DNA of 64,000 nt, taken from assembly GCF_006345805.1 (NCBI RefSeq), contig NC_043000.1:24428001-24492000 (forward strand), written 5' to 3'. The translations under genes and the position numbers were made by a program. The stretch comes from Octopus sinensis (taxonomy: Eukaryota). The notes under the pieces were generated by a model that was given only the letters and a program-made list of their open reading frames with translations, had not been told where the DNA came from and searched no databases. This document shows, one piece after another, positions 36,281-50,595 of this stretch (the first letter of the stretch is position 1; the number at the start of each line of letters is the position of its first letter).

Positions 36281-36668
36281 AATGACACCACATATATGAC
36301 AGTGACACTCATTTACTACTATCATCTGATGTCAAGGCAAAGAGGTAAACACACGCGATAGGTTTCTTTCAGTTTCTGACCAAAGTTTTGCTCGGCCAAA
36401 GGCTATAGTAGAAAATACATGCAGTGGGATTGTACCCAAAGCAAAATTCTTAAGCACACTACCAAGCCTGTATCTTCATGCAGGAAAATCCAGATACTGA
36501 AACCTGATGTCTTCATTTAGAGTTGAGTATTTAGCTAATTGAGACACACAGTGTTTAATTAGTCTAGTGCTTAATTGTAATGTTGAATAGAGCTAATATT
36601 AAAACTAGTTATGTATTCAAGTATAGTTGATGTTTAGTACTGATTGGCTCTGACTGAGCAAACTTTAT

Positions 36669-36887
36669 TTAACCTCTTCGATACCAACCTGACTGAAACC
36701 TGGCTCTGTAGTACAAATGTCTTGTTTTTATATGTTTAAAATCTTCCACCAAACCTTAGTCACAATTTATGTTCTTAACACTAGCTTAATGATAACTAAG
36801 TTATTTTACTAAATTCTTTGTTATGCTTAAAATTAATCGAAAGAAACACAGGGCATCTCAAATGAAATACAGCAATGAAAGGATTAA
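36669..36887. mobile_element. piggyBac-type MITE family 2
   Basis: Colinear with 31896-32125, TTAA at both ends. Confidence 0.7.
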
Positions 36888-37006
36888 GGGTGCTCCAGCC
36901 TTGACCATCACGTTGCCAGTACCACCTGACTGGCCCCCATCTTTTTGCAAAACAGAGACTACATTGTCCAATGTGTCTTTCTCTTTTTAAAATGGTTAGG
37001 TATAAT

Positions 37007-37649
37007 TTAACCATTTAGCATTCAGATTATTTTGTCAAATGTAAAATTTATTTATTCACATTATCTTGAATTAATCCTGCATTATATCATAGCTCTAAGA
37101 GATTGATAATATGGTTGTTTGTTTTTAGAATGACATTGGCACATAAAAGGCCCCATTCGAGTGTGATCGTTACTAGCATCACCTTACTGGCACTTGTGCC
37201 CATGCTAGTAGGGTGCCAAGAGCACCATCTGAGCATGATCATTGCCAGAGCAGCCAACTGGCTTCCGTGCCGGTGGCATGTAAAAGGGCACCATTTTAGC
37301 GTGATTGTTACCAACATCGCCTTACTGGCACCTGTGCCGGTGGCATGTGTAAAAAGATTTGAGCGAGGTCGTTGCCAGTACCGCATGACTGGCCCCCATG
37401 CCGGTGGCACGTAAAAAGCACCCACTACACTATCGGAGTGGTTGGCGTTAGATTAGAGCCTGGTGCATACATCTGGTTCACCAGCCCTCAGTCAAAATCG
37501 TCCAACCCATGCTAGCATGGAAAGTGGACGTTAAACGATGATGATGATGATTTTAGAGTTGGTGTGAGTGGCCAGATCTGGCCAGTTTGAACAACAAACA
37601 TGGAGAATATTCAGGCCAGATATGGCTGGTTTAAATACTGAAGTTTTAA
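37007..37649. mobile_element. piggyBac-type MITE family 1, split by an RTE tail
   Basis: Colinear with 5863-6090 on both sides of the insert. Confidence 0.65.
37137..37549 (+). mobile_element. RTE 3' tail copy inserted in a piggyBac-type MITE
   Basis: Ends (GAT)n; MITE sequence on both sides. Confidence 0.85.
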
Positions 37650-37848
37650 GGAAGATTTTAGTTGCTATTTCTAACAGACTGAACAACCATCAAGCAAGCT
37701 CTCTCTTTGACTCAATGTGACAATGTGATGAGTCTGTCTTGACTTGAAGTAATTGCAGAAAGATTCTCTCATTGGCTTAAGTAACCATATAGAAGCTCTC
37801 TCGGTGGTTCAAGGTGACTGCACAGAAACTCCATCATTGGTTTTTCAC

Positions 37849-37941
37849 CATGTTTAATGGAATATTCAGATGGTTGGGGCACAATGACACAGCAGTCAGA
37901 CTTCAATATTGCATTTAGTTCTGTTCCTCTCAAGAGACTTT
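37849..37941 (-). CDS. Candidate exon of gene 2 (E-SLLRGTELNAILKSDCCVIVPQPSEYSIKH-G)
   Basis: Acceptor (GTT)n-TTCAG, donor G|GTGAAA, 93 nt, phase 1 to 1; alternatively reads through to TGA ending at 37769. Confidence 0.35.
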
Positions 37942-38447
37942 CTGAAACAACAACAACAACACAGGCATCTGCCTGACAGTATATTAATTGCTATATATAG
38001 AAAATATTACTAAAAACAACATTAGGTTTCAGTTTTCATACGTTCAGTTTGGGTTTTAAACACAAAGTTGTAAGTCATTATGTAAATAAATATAATGAAT
38101 ATAACAAAACAGTAGGGGGACAGATGGAAAATCTGTCAGAACAAAAGGGGGGCAAAGAAGAATAGAAGAAATATGATTTATATCTCCATTTTCCCTCTTG
38201 TCCCCAAGTTTTAACTCCTTAGAGGGTTCTTTCTTAAAGAAACTGATACAAGATTTCTTTTGAAATTGTGCAGTAATTCTTGGATTCACCATCTTAGAAA
38301 TTCTAATATTCCCTCTGGGGTATTTAATTTGCTTGAATGTGAAATACAAACGGAGGACACCAATGAAGTATCTGTTAGGCACAAGACCATTTTTTTTCTG
38401 TTAAAGTGGGGAGGAGTTTAGTTGAATCCATGTCGGTATCACCTTAC

Positions 38448-38541
38448 CGATATTCATCATTTTATTTTGAACCTCAGAAAGTTGATTATGAACCTTAGAG
38501 AGTGTTGCAACCAGCAAATACAAGAAGACCATCATTCTCAA
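38448..38541 (-). CDS. Candidate exon of gene 2 (LRMMVFLYLLVATLSKVHNQLSEVQNKMMNI-E)
   Basis: Long CT tract ending GTATAG, donor CG|GTAAGG, 94 nt; only the phase 0 frame is open. Confidence 0.45.
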
Positions 38542-38929
38542 CTATACAAAAAGAAAGAAAGAAAGGAGGAAAGAAAGGAAGAAAGAAAGTGAAAGGATTT
38601 TTGGTCACATGGTAGTAGCACAAGATATACAAAGATGATTATTATTAGAAGGAAAGATACAAATGGTGGCAAATGCTCGAGTGGAAGACCAACAACAAAC
38701 TGGTTCGATAACATCAGGTACCAGACCAAACTATCAAATGGTGAATGTGTAATAATGGCAGAGAAAAGACCTGAATGAAGACTCGTGATATTTAAACTGC
38801 TGAGAGTAGAAGACACCTTATGATGATGATGATGATGATGAGGAGGAGGAGGAGGGGAACTGTTAAAAGGTAAAGTTTATTCAGGTGTGACTTGGACTCA
38901 AAATCCTGGTGTCCAGAAATCATTGTCAA

Positions 38930-39230
38930 CATTGTTTAACATCCGTTTTCTATGCTGGCATGGGTTGGACGGTTTGACTGAAGTCTGGAAAGCCAGAAGG
39001 CTGCACCAGGCTCCAATCTGATCTGGGAAAGTTTCTACAGCTGGATTCCCTTCCTAATGCCAACCACTCTGAGAGTGTAATGGGTGCCTTTTATGTGCCA
39101 CCGGCACAGGAGCCAGTCAGGCAGGAAGGCTTTGCATCAGTCATGTTCGGATAGTGCTTTTTACATGCTTTTTACATGGGAGCCAGTCAGGGGGCACTGG
39201 CATCAGCCATGTTCGGATGGTGCTTTTTAT
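38930..39230 (-). mobile_element. RTE 3' tail copy
   Basis: Matches family. Confidence 0.85.
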
Positions 39231-39669
39231 ATACAATATAAAGAAAAGAATGGTGAGTTTGTTCTCTACTGCCTGAACCATCTGTGCAGAGTTATGTTTC
39301 TACATAAAAATCTTCAAAAGACATTTTTCAAAATAAATGGAAGTGGATGCTACCTGCTTTTTGACTAAATTATCATGAGTTTGTATACCTTGCACCTTGC
39401 TGTTAGAGCTGTATGGATGCGAGCTTAAGGAAGAAAGTCAATGAACTTTCATTCCATTTAGTTGGCATCAGGGTAGGTAAAAATATACAAATTTACATTT
39501 CTTACTTCCAGGACTTATCTCTTGGCTAGATGTCATATTATTGTATTAAAACTCACAGCTTATATTGCTGGGTAATATGGAAAGTGTCAGCTGTCCACAG
39601 CCAGCAGACTAAGGTAACACTTGTTTTACTGATCACACTACAATTATTATTATTATTATTATTATTATC

Positions 39670-39701
<32 letters not shown>

Positions 39702-40442
39702 CATCATTATCATTATTATTATGCAGCATGGAATTTTGTCAGTGACTAGGTTGCGGTCTCAAAGTGATGAAAATATTTTGACAAATTAAATTTAAATGTT
39801 GAAGTGAATCTAACGTTTTTTGTGTTTCTCAAGTGGTTCATAAACACCTTCCACAATGCAATTGTATTATTATTATTATTGGGTCGATAAGCAAAATTTG
39901 TGAAGTGTTGAAGAAAATGCTTTATGATAGATATTTTGTGATGTTTCTTTACATTCCTAGTTCAAATCCTGCTGAGGTTAGCTTAAAGTTTCATTTTTCC
40001 ATGATGAATAAAGTGAAGTACCAGCCAAAAAGTGAAGTTGGTTAAATTAACTGCTGTTACCCCTCACACTCAACTAATTATCATTTGGTGTTTTTTACAT
40101 GCCATCAGCACGAAGGCCAGCTTGTTGCTCTGGCAATGATCTCACTCACCAAGAATAATTCTTCAAATGGACTTCCCCCAAAGGTTCAGCCAACAAAATC
40201 ATTTTATTATCATTCTTTCGTGGTTGATAAATTAAGAACGAGTGAAACACTGGGCGTCAATGTAATGAAACAGTCCCCTCCCCACAAATTTCAGGCCTTG
40301 TGCCTTTAGTAGAAAGGATTATTATTATTGAAAGATTGAAAAATATTGCTAAAAGAAGTCATTATTATTTTGAAAACAGAATTTATTATTATTATTATGC
40401 TTAAGATACATATATTAATACAGGCATAATCTATCTATCTAT

Positions 40443-40590
40443 ATTCTTCTACTTGTCTCAGCCATTTGATTCCGGCTATGCTGGAGCACCGCCTTTAGTC
40501 GAGCAAATCGACCCCAGGACTTATTCTTTGTAAACACACCAGCATTGGTTGTCAAGCGATGTTGGGGGGACAAACACAGACACACAAACA

Positions 40591-40625
<35 letters not shown>

Positions 40626-40783
40626 GACGGGCTTCTTTCTGTTTCTGTCAACCAGATCCACTCACAAGGCTTTGGTTGGCCTGAGGCTATAGTAGAAGAC
40701 ACTTGCCCAAGGTGCCATGCAGTGGGACTCAACCCAGAACCATGTGGTTGGTAAGCAAGCTACTAACCACACAGCCACTCCTA
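40443..40783 (-). mobile_element. SINE family A, with internal deletion
   Basis: Matches other copies. Confidence 0.9.
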
Positions 40784-40823
40784 TGTATATATATATATGT
40801 ATGCATGTATGTGTGTGTGTGCA

Positions 40824-40854
<31 letters not shown>

Positions 40855-40869
40855 GTATGTATATATATT

Positions 40870-41106
40870 ATAACCCTTTATCATTCTGATTATTCTTTCA
40901 AATGTAATGATTCTTTTTATTCACATTGTTTTGAATTAGTCGTGCATCATTACCTCGTAGATTTGGAAATTTTGATGATGTGATAGTTTAGTTTTAGAAT
41001 TACGTTGTAGGTTAAGTGTGGGAAGCCAGATATCTTGAAAGTTTGAACATAAAACAGGAAGACTATCTGGGACCAGATCTAATCAGTTTAAATGCTAAAG
41101 GCTTAA
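40870..41106. mobile_element. piggyBac-type MITE family 1
   Basis: TAACCCTTTA...TAAAGGCTTAA. Confidence 0.65.
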
Positions 41107-41682
41107 TATATATATATATGCAATCTGAAGCACTGTACAAACTGGATCAGTGATCATACAAATACACAAAGAATAAGGACCACTTTCATTTCCGAAATGA
41201 AAAAATATCAAGAATGCTATCAGTGATAATTAAACTTTATAAAGGCTAAAATGTTAAATGGAATATCTTGTGTGAGAGAAAATTTTCAGGGGTGGGTGGA
41301 ATCTATATATACTTTAACAAGAAAGTGTTTTTAATTTCTCCCTAAAAGATGGAAGAGTTATGAGTTTATGGGAGAATTTTGATTAGTATTCTAGATAGGT
41401 AGCACTAAACAAAACAATATTCTTCTGAGATGAGTGGGTGGGTTGAATAACATAGCACCAGTAGATGCGTGTCTTGATAGATAAACTTGCTTCATGTTGT
41501 GCTTGTCAGTAAGATCTCAAAATTGTTACAGCATTTAAAAGACATTCAATTAAGATATTATGGAATGGATTTCTTTTAAGGAATTCCAAGATGGAAGTAT
41601 TAATGTAGTTGGGGCAGCAATGATCTATAATCTGTCTTGCTTTAGTCCAGATTCATTCAAATACATCAATAATAATAAAGGA

Positions 41683-42110
41683 TCATCATCATCATCATCG
41701 TTTAACGTCTGCTTTCCATGCTAGCATGGGTTGGACGAATGACTGACGGCTGGCGAACCAGATGGCTGCACCAAGCTTCAATCTTGATCTGGCAGAGTTT
41801 CTACAGCTGGATGCCCTTCCTAACACCAACCACTCCGAGAGTGTAGTGGGTGCTTTTACATGCCAGTCAGGCAGTACTGGCAACGACCTCGCTTGAATCT
41901 TTTACACATGCCACCGGCACAGGTGCCAGTAAGGCAATGCTGGTAATGATCACGCTTGAATAGTGTCTTTTATGTGCCACTGGCATGGAGGCCAGATAGC
42001 CGCTCTGGCAACAATCACGCTTGGATGGTGCTCTTAATACCCTACTAGCACGGGGCTCGAGTGCCAGTAAGGCGATGCTGGTAACGATCACACTCGAATG
42101 GTGCCTTCAA
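41683..42110 (-). mobile_element. RTE 3' tail copy
   Basis: Matches family. Confidence 0.9.
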
Positions 42111-42124
42111 AACCACATGACTCT

Positions 42125-42530
42125 GCAGGTAAGAAGTTCACTTTGCAACCATGTAGTTCAGGGTTCAGTTCTACCAAGTGATACTCTGGTCAAGTGTCTT
42201 CTACTATAGCCCCAGGGCTGACCAATGTCCTTTGAGTGACTTTGGGAGTAAGAAACTGAGTAAAAGTCCATCATACAAACACGCACATATGAGTGTGTGT
42301 GTGTGTTTGTGCACTTCACACTGCTTGACAACTGGTGTTGGTTTATTTGCATCCCAATGACTTAGGAGTTTGACAAAAGAGACCAATATAATAAATATCA
42401 GACTTAAAAAAGACCAAAAAACAGAATCCTATAAGAACTGGGGTCAATCTATTCAACTAAAAACTCTCTGAGGGGTGCCACAGCATGGCCACACAGTCCA
42501 GTGACTGAAACAAGTATATGATAAATGATA
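42125..42530 (+). mobile_element. SINE family A, diverged
   Basis: Head, TG tract and tail recognisable. Confidence 0.75.
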
Positions 42531-43557
42531 AAAGAAAGAGGAGCCAATCTCAAGTTTAATTACAAGACTTAATTACAACAACTATTTCTTCCATTAAAAG
42601 GATATTTTTGTCTCTAAATCTCAGATATTGGAATTATAACGGTTATTTAAAAGTTTTTGAGTGACCTTGGTAAAGGTTAATATTTTTTGTAGAGCTTGCT
42701 GTGAGGTTAAGGAAATGAGACTGTGTGGCTGACCCATGCCAGAATAAGGTTAAATAAATATGATGTTTTAAGGATCTTTGGTAAAAGGGTTTAGGTATCG
42801 AGGCTCATTTGGTAGCTCATCTGTCTGGATGGTTATTAGTGGTAGAGGGACAGTGGCATGCACGTGTGTGTGTGTGTGTGTGGTGTGTACACATCTGTGT
42901 CTGGAAAAGTGATAGGTTGCTATAAAGGAAGTGTGTATATATTGTGGCAGAATTGCATGTTCAGAGAGAACTCTTTCTCTGTCTGTGTGTACATGTGTGG
43001 AGATAGGCGTGTATGTGTGTGTGTGTGTGTGAGATGAATGGGCGAGGAATATAGAGATAACACACACTACATATGTGGACAAGACTAGATGTGTGTGTGT
43101 GTGTGTGCATACAAACAGTGATGAGAAATCTAATATAAGGTATTCACATTATATACTTTATTATGGTTTTTCCTCTCTTTGTTTTATGAGAAAGAAGTGA
43201 CTTCAGCCTGTTTGAGATATAAAATAATTGATTTCTAACTTAGAAACATGAGGCCTTGAATTCTAACGGAGGGTAGCGTCAATTGAAAGAGACCCCACCA
43301 GTTCTTAACTAGTGCTTATTACATCAACCCTGGATAAGATGAAAGGAAAATTTTATCTCAGTGGGAAGCAAACTAAAAAGAAATCTGCAAGAAAAAGCAG
43401 CTAAATAACCTCAAATCAAACTCTTTTGTTAAGAAAAAAAGAAAGAAAAGATGCAGTGGACAGTATCCTAAATATACAGAATGAAAGATGGTCATGGCTG
43501 GAAAGCCTTTGATTAAATCAAGACTGACTTGGGACTAAGAGACAACAACATAGTATA

Positions 43558-43972
43558 CAGTAGTGGTTGTGTGGTAAGTAGCTTGCTTACCAACCACATG
43601 GTTCCGGGTTCAGTCCCACTGCGTGGCATCTTGGGCAAGTGTCTTCTACTATAGCCTCGGGCTGACCAAAGCCTTGTGAGTGGATTTGGTAGACGGAAAC
43701 TGAAAGAAGCCCGTCGTATATATGTATATATATATATGTGTGTGTGTGTGCATGTGCTTGTGTGTCTGTCTTTACCCACCCCCCACCAACATCACTTGAC
43801 AACCGATGCTGGTGTGTTTACGTCCCCGTAACTTAGCAGTTTGGCAAAAGAGCCCGATAGAATAAGTACTAGGTTTATAAAGAATAAGTCCTGGGTTGAT
43901 TTGCTCGACTTAAGGCAGTGCTCCAACATGACCACAGTCAAATGACTGAAACAAATAAAAGAGTAAAAGAGT
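43558..43972 (+). mobile_element. SINE family A, full length
   Basis: Matches other copies. Confidence 0.9.
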
Positions 43973-44394
43973 ATCTAATCAGCTGAGAGATGACCCAAAT
44001 TATCATCATTGTTTTCACACATTCACTTTTCAAAGGTCAAGCATGTGTCAGATGGAATTTACTGAGGTAAATTTTCTATGGCTGGATGCCCTTCTTGTTA
44101 CCAACTCTCACATTTTTCAATAGGTAGAGCACTTTCTCATTTCTTTTCTTTTTCAAGAGAAGAAAAGGCAGTGCCTGTCACCATTTTCTTAGGGTGTGCC
44201 TAAGAAAAAGAGGCACTGGACAGGGCTTGAATGCCCTTTGAACATTAGCCTGTTTAATTTGAGCTAAACTGGGGATAAACAACTCCCCTGATTATTATTC
44301 CATTGGACACTAAATACATGGGCATAAAATATGGAAAATGTAGAAAATAATAAAAATATGATGTGTATTGGATAAGTAATATCAGTTTCATATT

Positions 44395-44590
44395 TTGACA
44401 CAAGGCCAGCAATTCTGGAGAAGGAGTAAGCCAATTACATCAACCCCAGTGTCTAACTGATACTTATTTTACCAACAACCAGGAAAAGATGAAAGGCAAA
44501 GTTGACCTCAACAGAATTTGAACACAGAATGTAAAGATGGACGAAATACCTCTAAGCATTTTGCCTAATGTGTTAAGGATTCTCCTAGCT
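44395..44590 (-). mobile_element. SINE family B, diverged
   Basis: Core GATGAAAGGCAAAGTTGACCTC present. Confidence 0.75.
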
Positions 44591-44759
44591 CATTGTTCTA
44601 TTGGGTAAGTAATATTGAGTAATTATACTAAGATTGGCGACAAACATGATGAAGGTGACCTCAGATTTAAGACCTGGCTTGAATGTTTGCAACCGAGTGG
44701 ACTCTGCTAAAGGGATCCAAGGGCTAGGCCATGGTATAAACCAGCCAATAGATTAAATC

Positions 44760-45165
44760 TATCATCATCATCGTCATCATTTAACGTCTGCTTTCCATAC
44801 TAGTATGGGTTGGACGATTTGACTGAGGTCTGGCGAACCAGACTCCAATCTGATCTGGCAGGGTTTCTACAGCTGGATTCCCTTCCTAATGCCAACCACT
44901 CCGAGAGTGTAGTGGATGCTTTTACATGCCACTGGCATGAGGGCCAGTTTGGTGGTACTGGCAACGGCCATGCCCAAATGATGCTTTTTATGTGCCATCT
45001 GCAAAGGAGCCAGTCCAGCGGCACTGGTGACAACCTCGCTCGAATGTTTCACGTGCCACCAGCACAAGTGCTAGTAAGGTGACGCGGTAACGATCACGCT
45101 CAAATGGTGCTTTTTACGTGCCATTGGCATGAAGGCCAGCTTGTTGCTCTGGCAACGATCTCACT
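44760..45165 (-). mobile_element. RTE 3' tail copy
   Basis: Matches family. Confidence 0.9.
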
Positions 45166-45781
45166 CACCAAGAATAATTCTTCAAATGGACTTCCCCCAA
45201 AAGTTCAGCCAACAAAACTTCATTCAAAAGGTTTTGTTCATTATGAACCTATTGTAGAAACAGCAATTGCACAATGTGCTGTGTGGCAAGATTGAACTTA
45301 AAACCATGTGGGTGCAAAGTGAATGTCTTTACCACGCAGCCACGCTTGCACTGTCTAGATGTTTGCACAACATTCTAAAGAAAGCTCCACCTTTATTTTC
45401 AGACAGAAGAACAGAGACGCAAGGTGAAAGAAACTTTTCTTAAGCAACAGGGCAGCATTAGGGGCTGGTGTGGTGGGGGTTGGTGGTGATGGAGGTAGCA
45501 ACTGGATGAGTGAAGAAAAGAAAAAGGCTTGATTATTTAGATATTAAACATTGCTTTCGCAGATATTAGTTACAAAGTATTCAATAATAATAATAATAAT
45601 ATGATAATGATAATAAGAAGAAGAAAAAGAAGAGGAAGATAATGATTTCTTTAATAATAATATGTGTGCTTATTATATGTAAAGAATAAAGAATAACCTT
45701 TCCAGAAAAAAATAAAACAAAAGAATATGAAATAAAAAAACGTAAAAAAAAATTCAAAACAAACATGAGAAAAGTGAAGAG

Positions 45782-45816
<35 letters not shown>

Positions 45817-46086
45817 GCACACACACACAAAATAGGAAAACAAAACCATGTACCTATGCCGCTCCACCCCACCCCGTAAAACAGTTTGCAGACATTTGAT
45901 AGGAAAGGCGGCAAAATGGAAAGAGTACAAACAAAGATAATCTCTCCAACATAACTAGATGCTGAAAAATCTGAGAATATCTAACATGTCTGAAGATTAT
46001 ATATATTTGCAGCTGGTTCAAAGCTTGTCATCTTTGTTATTACAACAACCAAGATACTGGCACTTTAAGATGGTGGGAACAAATCC

Positions 46087-46089
<3 letters not shown>

Positions 46090-46137
<48 letters not shown>

Positions 46138-46177
46138 ATATGGGGATAATACATATATGTATGTGTGTGTGTGTATG

Positions 46178-46219
<42 letters not shown>

Positions 46220-46262
46220 TGTATGTATATATATATATTGTATGTGGGTATATATATATATG

Positions 46263-46301
<39 letters not shown>

Positions 46302-46308
46302 CACATAC

Positions 46309-46344
<36 letters not shown>

Positions 46345-46471
46345 GTATTATATATATGTATGTATATATATATATGTATAACATATATGTATATATATGT
46401 ATAATATATGTATATATATATATATTGTAATATATATATATATATAATGTTATATATATAATATATATGTG

Positions 46472-46503
<32 letters not shown>

Positions 46504-46612
46504 ATTGTAATATAGTACATAATACATATATATATATATGTTGTATGTATGTGTATGTATATATATATATATCATATACACACATATATACAACACATCT
46601 ATATATGTACAT
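46090..46612. repeat. Long interrupted (TA)n tract
   Basis: Directly visible. Confidence 0.95.
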
Positions 46613-48027
46613 ATATGTTTATTTTTTTCTCTTCTTTTTGGTAATAACAATGTCAAGAGAAAAAAGTGTTTCAGTTTTATTTTATTTTATTTTTTTTTCC
46701 CCTTTTTCAGTCATACAAAAGTGAAGGTAATAAAGAAAAAACAGAATTCATAACTGGGCCTTGTTCAGCAATGTTTTAAGCGTTTATACAAGTTTCGTGT
46801 TGCAACTACAAGTAATTTAGACGTGTGTGTATGTGTGCATACGCGAATGTGTGAGTTATTTGTTTAGGGTTGGGCCTTTTTTTATTTAGTAAAAAATGTT
46901 AGGATATTATGAAAATGGTAGGGTACTACAGGGAGAAGCTACCGGCCATAAGTTTTTGAAAGAAATAATTACATTTCTATAGTATGGTATTATATTTCCA
47001 TTGTTAAGTAAAACAACGCTAACATGTAGAAAGTATTTCTTTGATAATGTATTTTCGTATGAGCTTGCCTGGGCAGTTAATAAGTAATTGTCGACAGCAT
47101 TGATTAGTGGTAAATCTCAGCTTAAAATAGAGGCCATAAACGAACTATAGTGATGAACTTTACTATAATGGACACATTCTTGACAAGGTATTAGAGTATC
47201 ATTCCTTGATCTGCCTGGCTGACAAATAGGTTTCACTCACAATGCCATTGTTGAGTGATTAGTTATAGGAAATCATTGAGCTGTAAAATTAATTGTGCCA
47301 AAAGAATCCACCACCCCAGCCTATACCAGCACAGAAAAATATATACAAGAACAAATATAAAAAAAAAACAAAGAAAAACATACTAAATATAATCAATGCC
47401 ATCATCATTGTCTTTTAATTTTGACATCCATTCTCCCAGGCTGACAAGGAATTAGAACAGTCTGCTGCTGTATAAATTCTTGCTATTCTTTATGGTTCTG
47501 TGCCATCTTGTTTGTGAGACACACCATCCCCACGCCTGACATCACCACCTCTACCAATGTATTGGTCTTTCACAGGCCATTTTCATTCAATTACTGTTGG
47601 ACAACCATTATCTTCATCAATGGTGTTATAATGTCCACTTTTTCATATTTGCATTAGTCATGCACAAGTCATGGAGGCAAGTTTTCTATGGTCAAATGCC
47701 CCTCCTGTTACCCACATTTATTTGTTTCTAAGCAAGGTAATATTTCACAAAAAGAAAAATAGAAGGGAAAAATTTAAACACAAGTAATTTTGCTGGATAA
47801 CATCTTAAAACCAGAACAGAAGAGGAGAATTATAAAGAGAGCAATGAAACCTCTAAAAGTAATGAATACCAATAAAGAGAGGTGGGAGAGTATTTGCTTG
47901 TTTATTACATTAATTACAAATGTAAATAAAGGAGACGGACTATTCCACTTTCTGAAATAAAAGGTATCCATCAACATGATGGATTGACCATGATATATTG
48001 AGAGAGAATGAGAAATGCAGGTTGTCA

Positions 48028-48678
48028 TCTTTTATCTTTTACTTGTTTCAGTCATTAAACTGTGGCCATGCTGGGGCACCACCTTGAAGAGTTTTTAGTC
48101 GAATGAATTGACCCCAGTACATATTTCTCTTTAATCTGGTACTTATTCTATTGGTCTCTTTCACCAAACTGCTAAGTTATTAGGATGTAAACACACCAAC
48201 ACCAGCTGTCAAGTGGTGATGAGGGACAACCATAGACACAAAGACACACACATATATATATATTTCTTTATTACCCACAAGGGGCTAAACATAGAGGGGA
48301 CAAACAAGGACAGACAAAGGGATTAAGTTGATTATATCGACTCCAGTGCGTAACTGGTACTTAATTTATCGACCCCGAAAGGGTGAAAGGCAAAGTCAAC
48401 CTTTGCGGAATTTGAACTCAGAACGTAACGGCAGATGAAAACCGCTAAGCATTTCACCCGGCGCGCTAATGTGTCTGCCAGCTCGCCGCACACATATATA
48501 TACAAAGACACACACATATATGACGGGCTTCTTTCATTTTCCATCAATTAAATTCACTCACAAGGTTTTGGTTGGCCAGAGGTTATAGTAGAAGACACTT
48601 GCCAAAGTGCCACACAGTGGGACTGAACCCGGAACCATGTGGTTGGGAAGCAAACTTCTTACCACATAACCATGCCTA
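48028..48678 (-). mobile_element. SINE family A with SINE B inserted in its central tract
   Basis: Tail 48028-48250, SINE B 48261-48488, head 48520-48678. Confidence 0.85.
48261..48488 (-). mobile_element. SINE family B nested in SINE A
   Basis: Full length. Confidence 0.9.
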
Positions 48679-49069
48679 ATGTTTATACTTTTTACAAAGA
48701 ATTTAGCAACATAAGAGATGTGAAATGTCTTCAACCAAATATCAAAACCCGATCACATATGGGGTTTCTGGAAGTTTTCTAATGGATGGTGCTGGTCATG
48801 AATACCAATAGAAATATCAGGGAGAAAGATTCAGGATTCTATACATTACAAATGTGTAACATGCTTTATCTGCAAATAAAAGTTGATAAATATAATTTTT
48901 TTTTTATCTTTTCTGTTCTGTTTTTCATTTGGTCATACAGATTCGATGAGAAAAATTCCTCTTCCATAAATTCTATGTGGAACATAGGAAATGTTTTTTA
49001 AAACCAAATTTGAAGTTTCATGTCAATAATATTTCTTTCAACTAAAACACGATATTCACAAAACTCTCT

Positions 49070-49265
<196 letters not shown>

Positions 49266-49505
49266 ATAAATAAATACAAGGGTAAAAATTATTAAAAATA
49301 ATAATTTATACCAGTGGTTAGTTAGCATGTGTAAAAAAAGTAAATATTTTTATAATATATGAGTGTATAAAAATTTATACATAGAGAGAAGACCACTATG
49401 TAGACTTCTTACATGTTAAAAATGGCAGTCAGATCTTTAGCCATGAAAAGAACATTCTTAATACATGTATAAATTTTTATACACTCATATATATCACACT
49501 CATGG

Positions 49506-49542
49506 CTATCTGATACTGGTTAAGTGAAACTCTGAGTAACAG
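49506..49542 (+). ncRNA. Broken minimal hammerhead motif
   Basis: CTAT-CTGAT(GA missing)-ACTGGTTAAGT-GAAA-CTCTGAG-TA-ACAG. Confidence 0.3.
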
Positions 49543-49608
49543 TTTGTGAAGTCTTCTCAACTTCAATAAAACTATTTTACTCCATCTTAGGAATTCGAGT
49601 GTTATTTC

Positions 49609-49842
49609 TTATTTCTTTATTGCCCACAAGGGGCTAAACATAGCAGGGACAAACAAGGACAGACAAAGGGATTAAGTCGATTACATCGACACCAGTGCGT
49701 AACTGGTACTTAATTTATCGACCCCGAAAGGATGAATGGCAAAGTCAACCTCGGCAGAATTTGAACTCAGAACGTAATGGCAGATGGAATACCGCAAAGC
49801 ATTTCGCCCGGCGTGCTAACGTTTCTGCCAGCTCGCCGCCTT
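49609..49842 (-). mobile_element. SINE family B, full length
   Basis: High similarity to other copies. Confidence 0.9.
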
Positions 49843-50565
49843 CAAGTGTTATTTTTTTCACCTTGTTTTGCACCTATGTGCACACGTCTGTATTTTATAC
49901 GTATGTGTTTGTGTGTTTTGACGTATTTGAGTGGCAAAATGATTTGATCTGAGGTTGTTCACTGAAACTGAAATAATTACATTGTGGAAGAGACATGTTG
50001 GCCATTTAAAAACACATATCGCTATAATATATTTGCTTTTGTTTGATTTTGTAATACTATTGTACTCTTCTATGATCTGTCATTGACACAATACCATCAG
50101 AGCAGAAGTGTGTCATCATATATGATGATAGTTCTTTTTTTTTAAACACATTACAGCAGTATATACAATGCGAGCACAAAAGAAAACAAAACCGAGCACA
50201 ATGGTAAAATGGTAAATATGTGTATTTTAAATGGCTAACACGACTTTCCTACATTGCAATTGTTTTGTGTGTCTGCGACTGTGTGTGTTTCTGTGTGTGT
50301 ATTTGTACGTAAGTATGAGTATGTGTGTAATATCGTGTAAACATAGAATTCTTTACAGTTATAGCAAAAAGTATTAATGATAAATCTGTAACGTTATAGA
50401 ATGGAGTTGGAACAGTGCATCTGTTTTTATATTTTCTCAAAACTTGTTCTTTTAAACTATTCAAATCATTACTAAATCAATATTCAATACATGCAAGTTG
50501 AGTCGATCAGATTGGAAATAAATCCTTCTGTGAAGAATGTGTTGTTAATAGGGAATCAGACTTAC

Positions 50566-50595
50566 CACTATTGTCGTCATAATGTTGGTACTCAC
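50566..50595 (-). CDS. Candidate 30-nt exon of gene 2 (G-EYQHYDDNS-x)
   Basis: Strong acceptor TTCATTTTCTTTTATTTTCATTGCAG, donor G|GTAAGT, phase 1 to 1. Confidence 0.45.
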
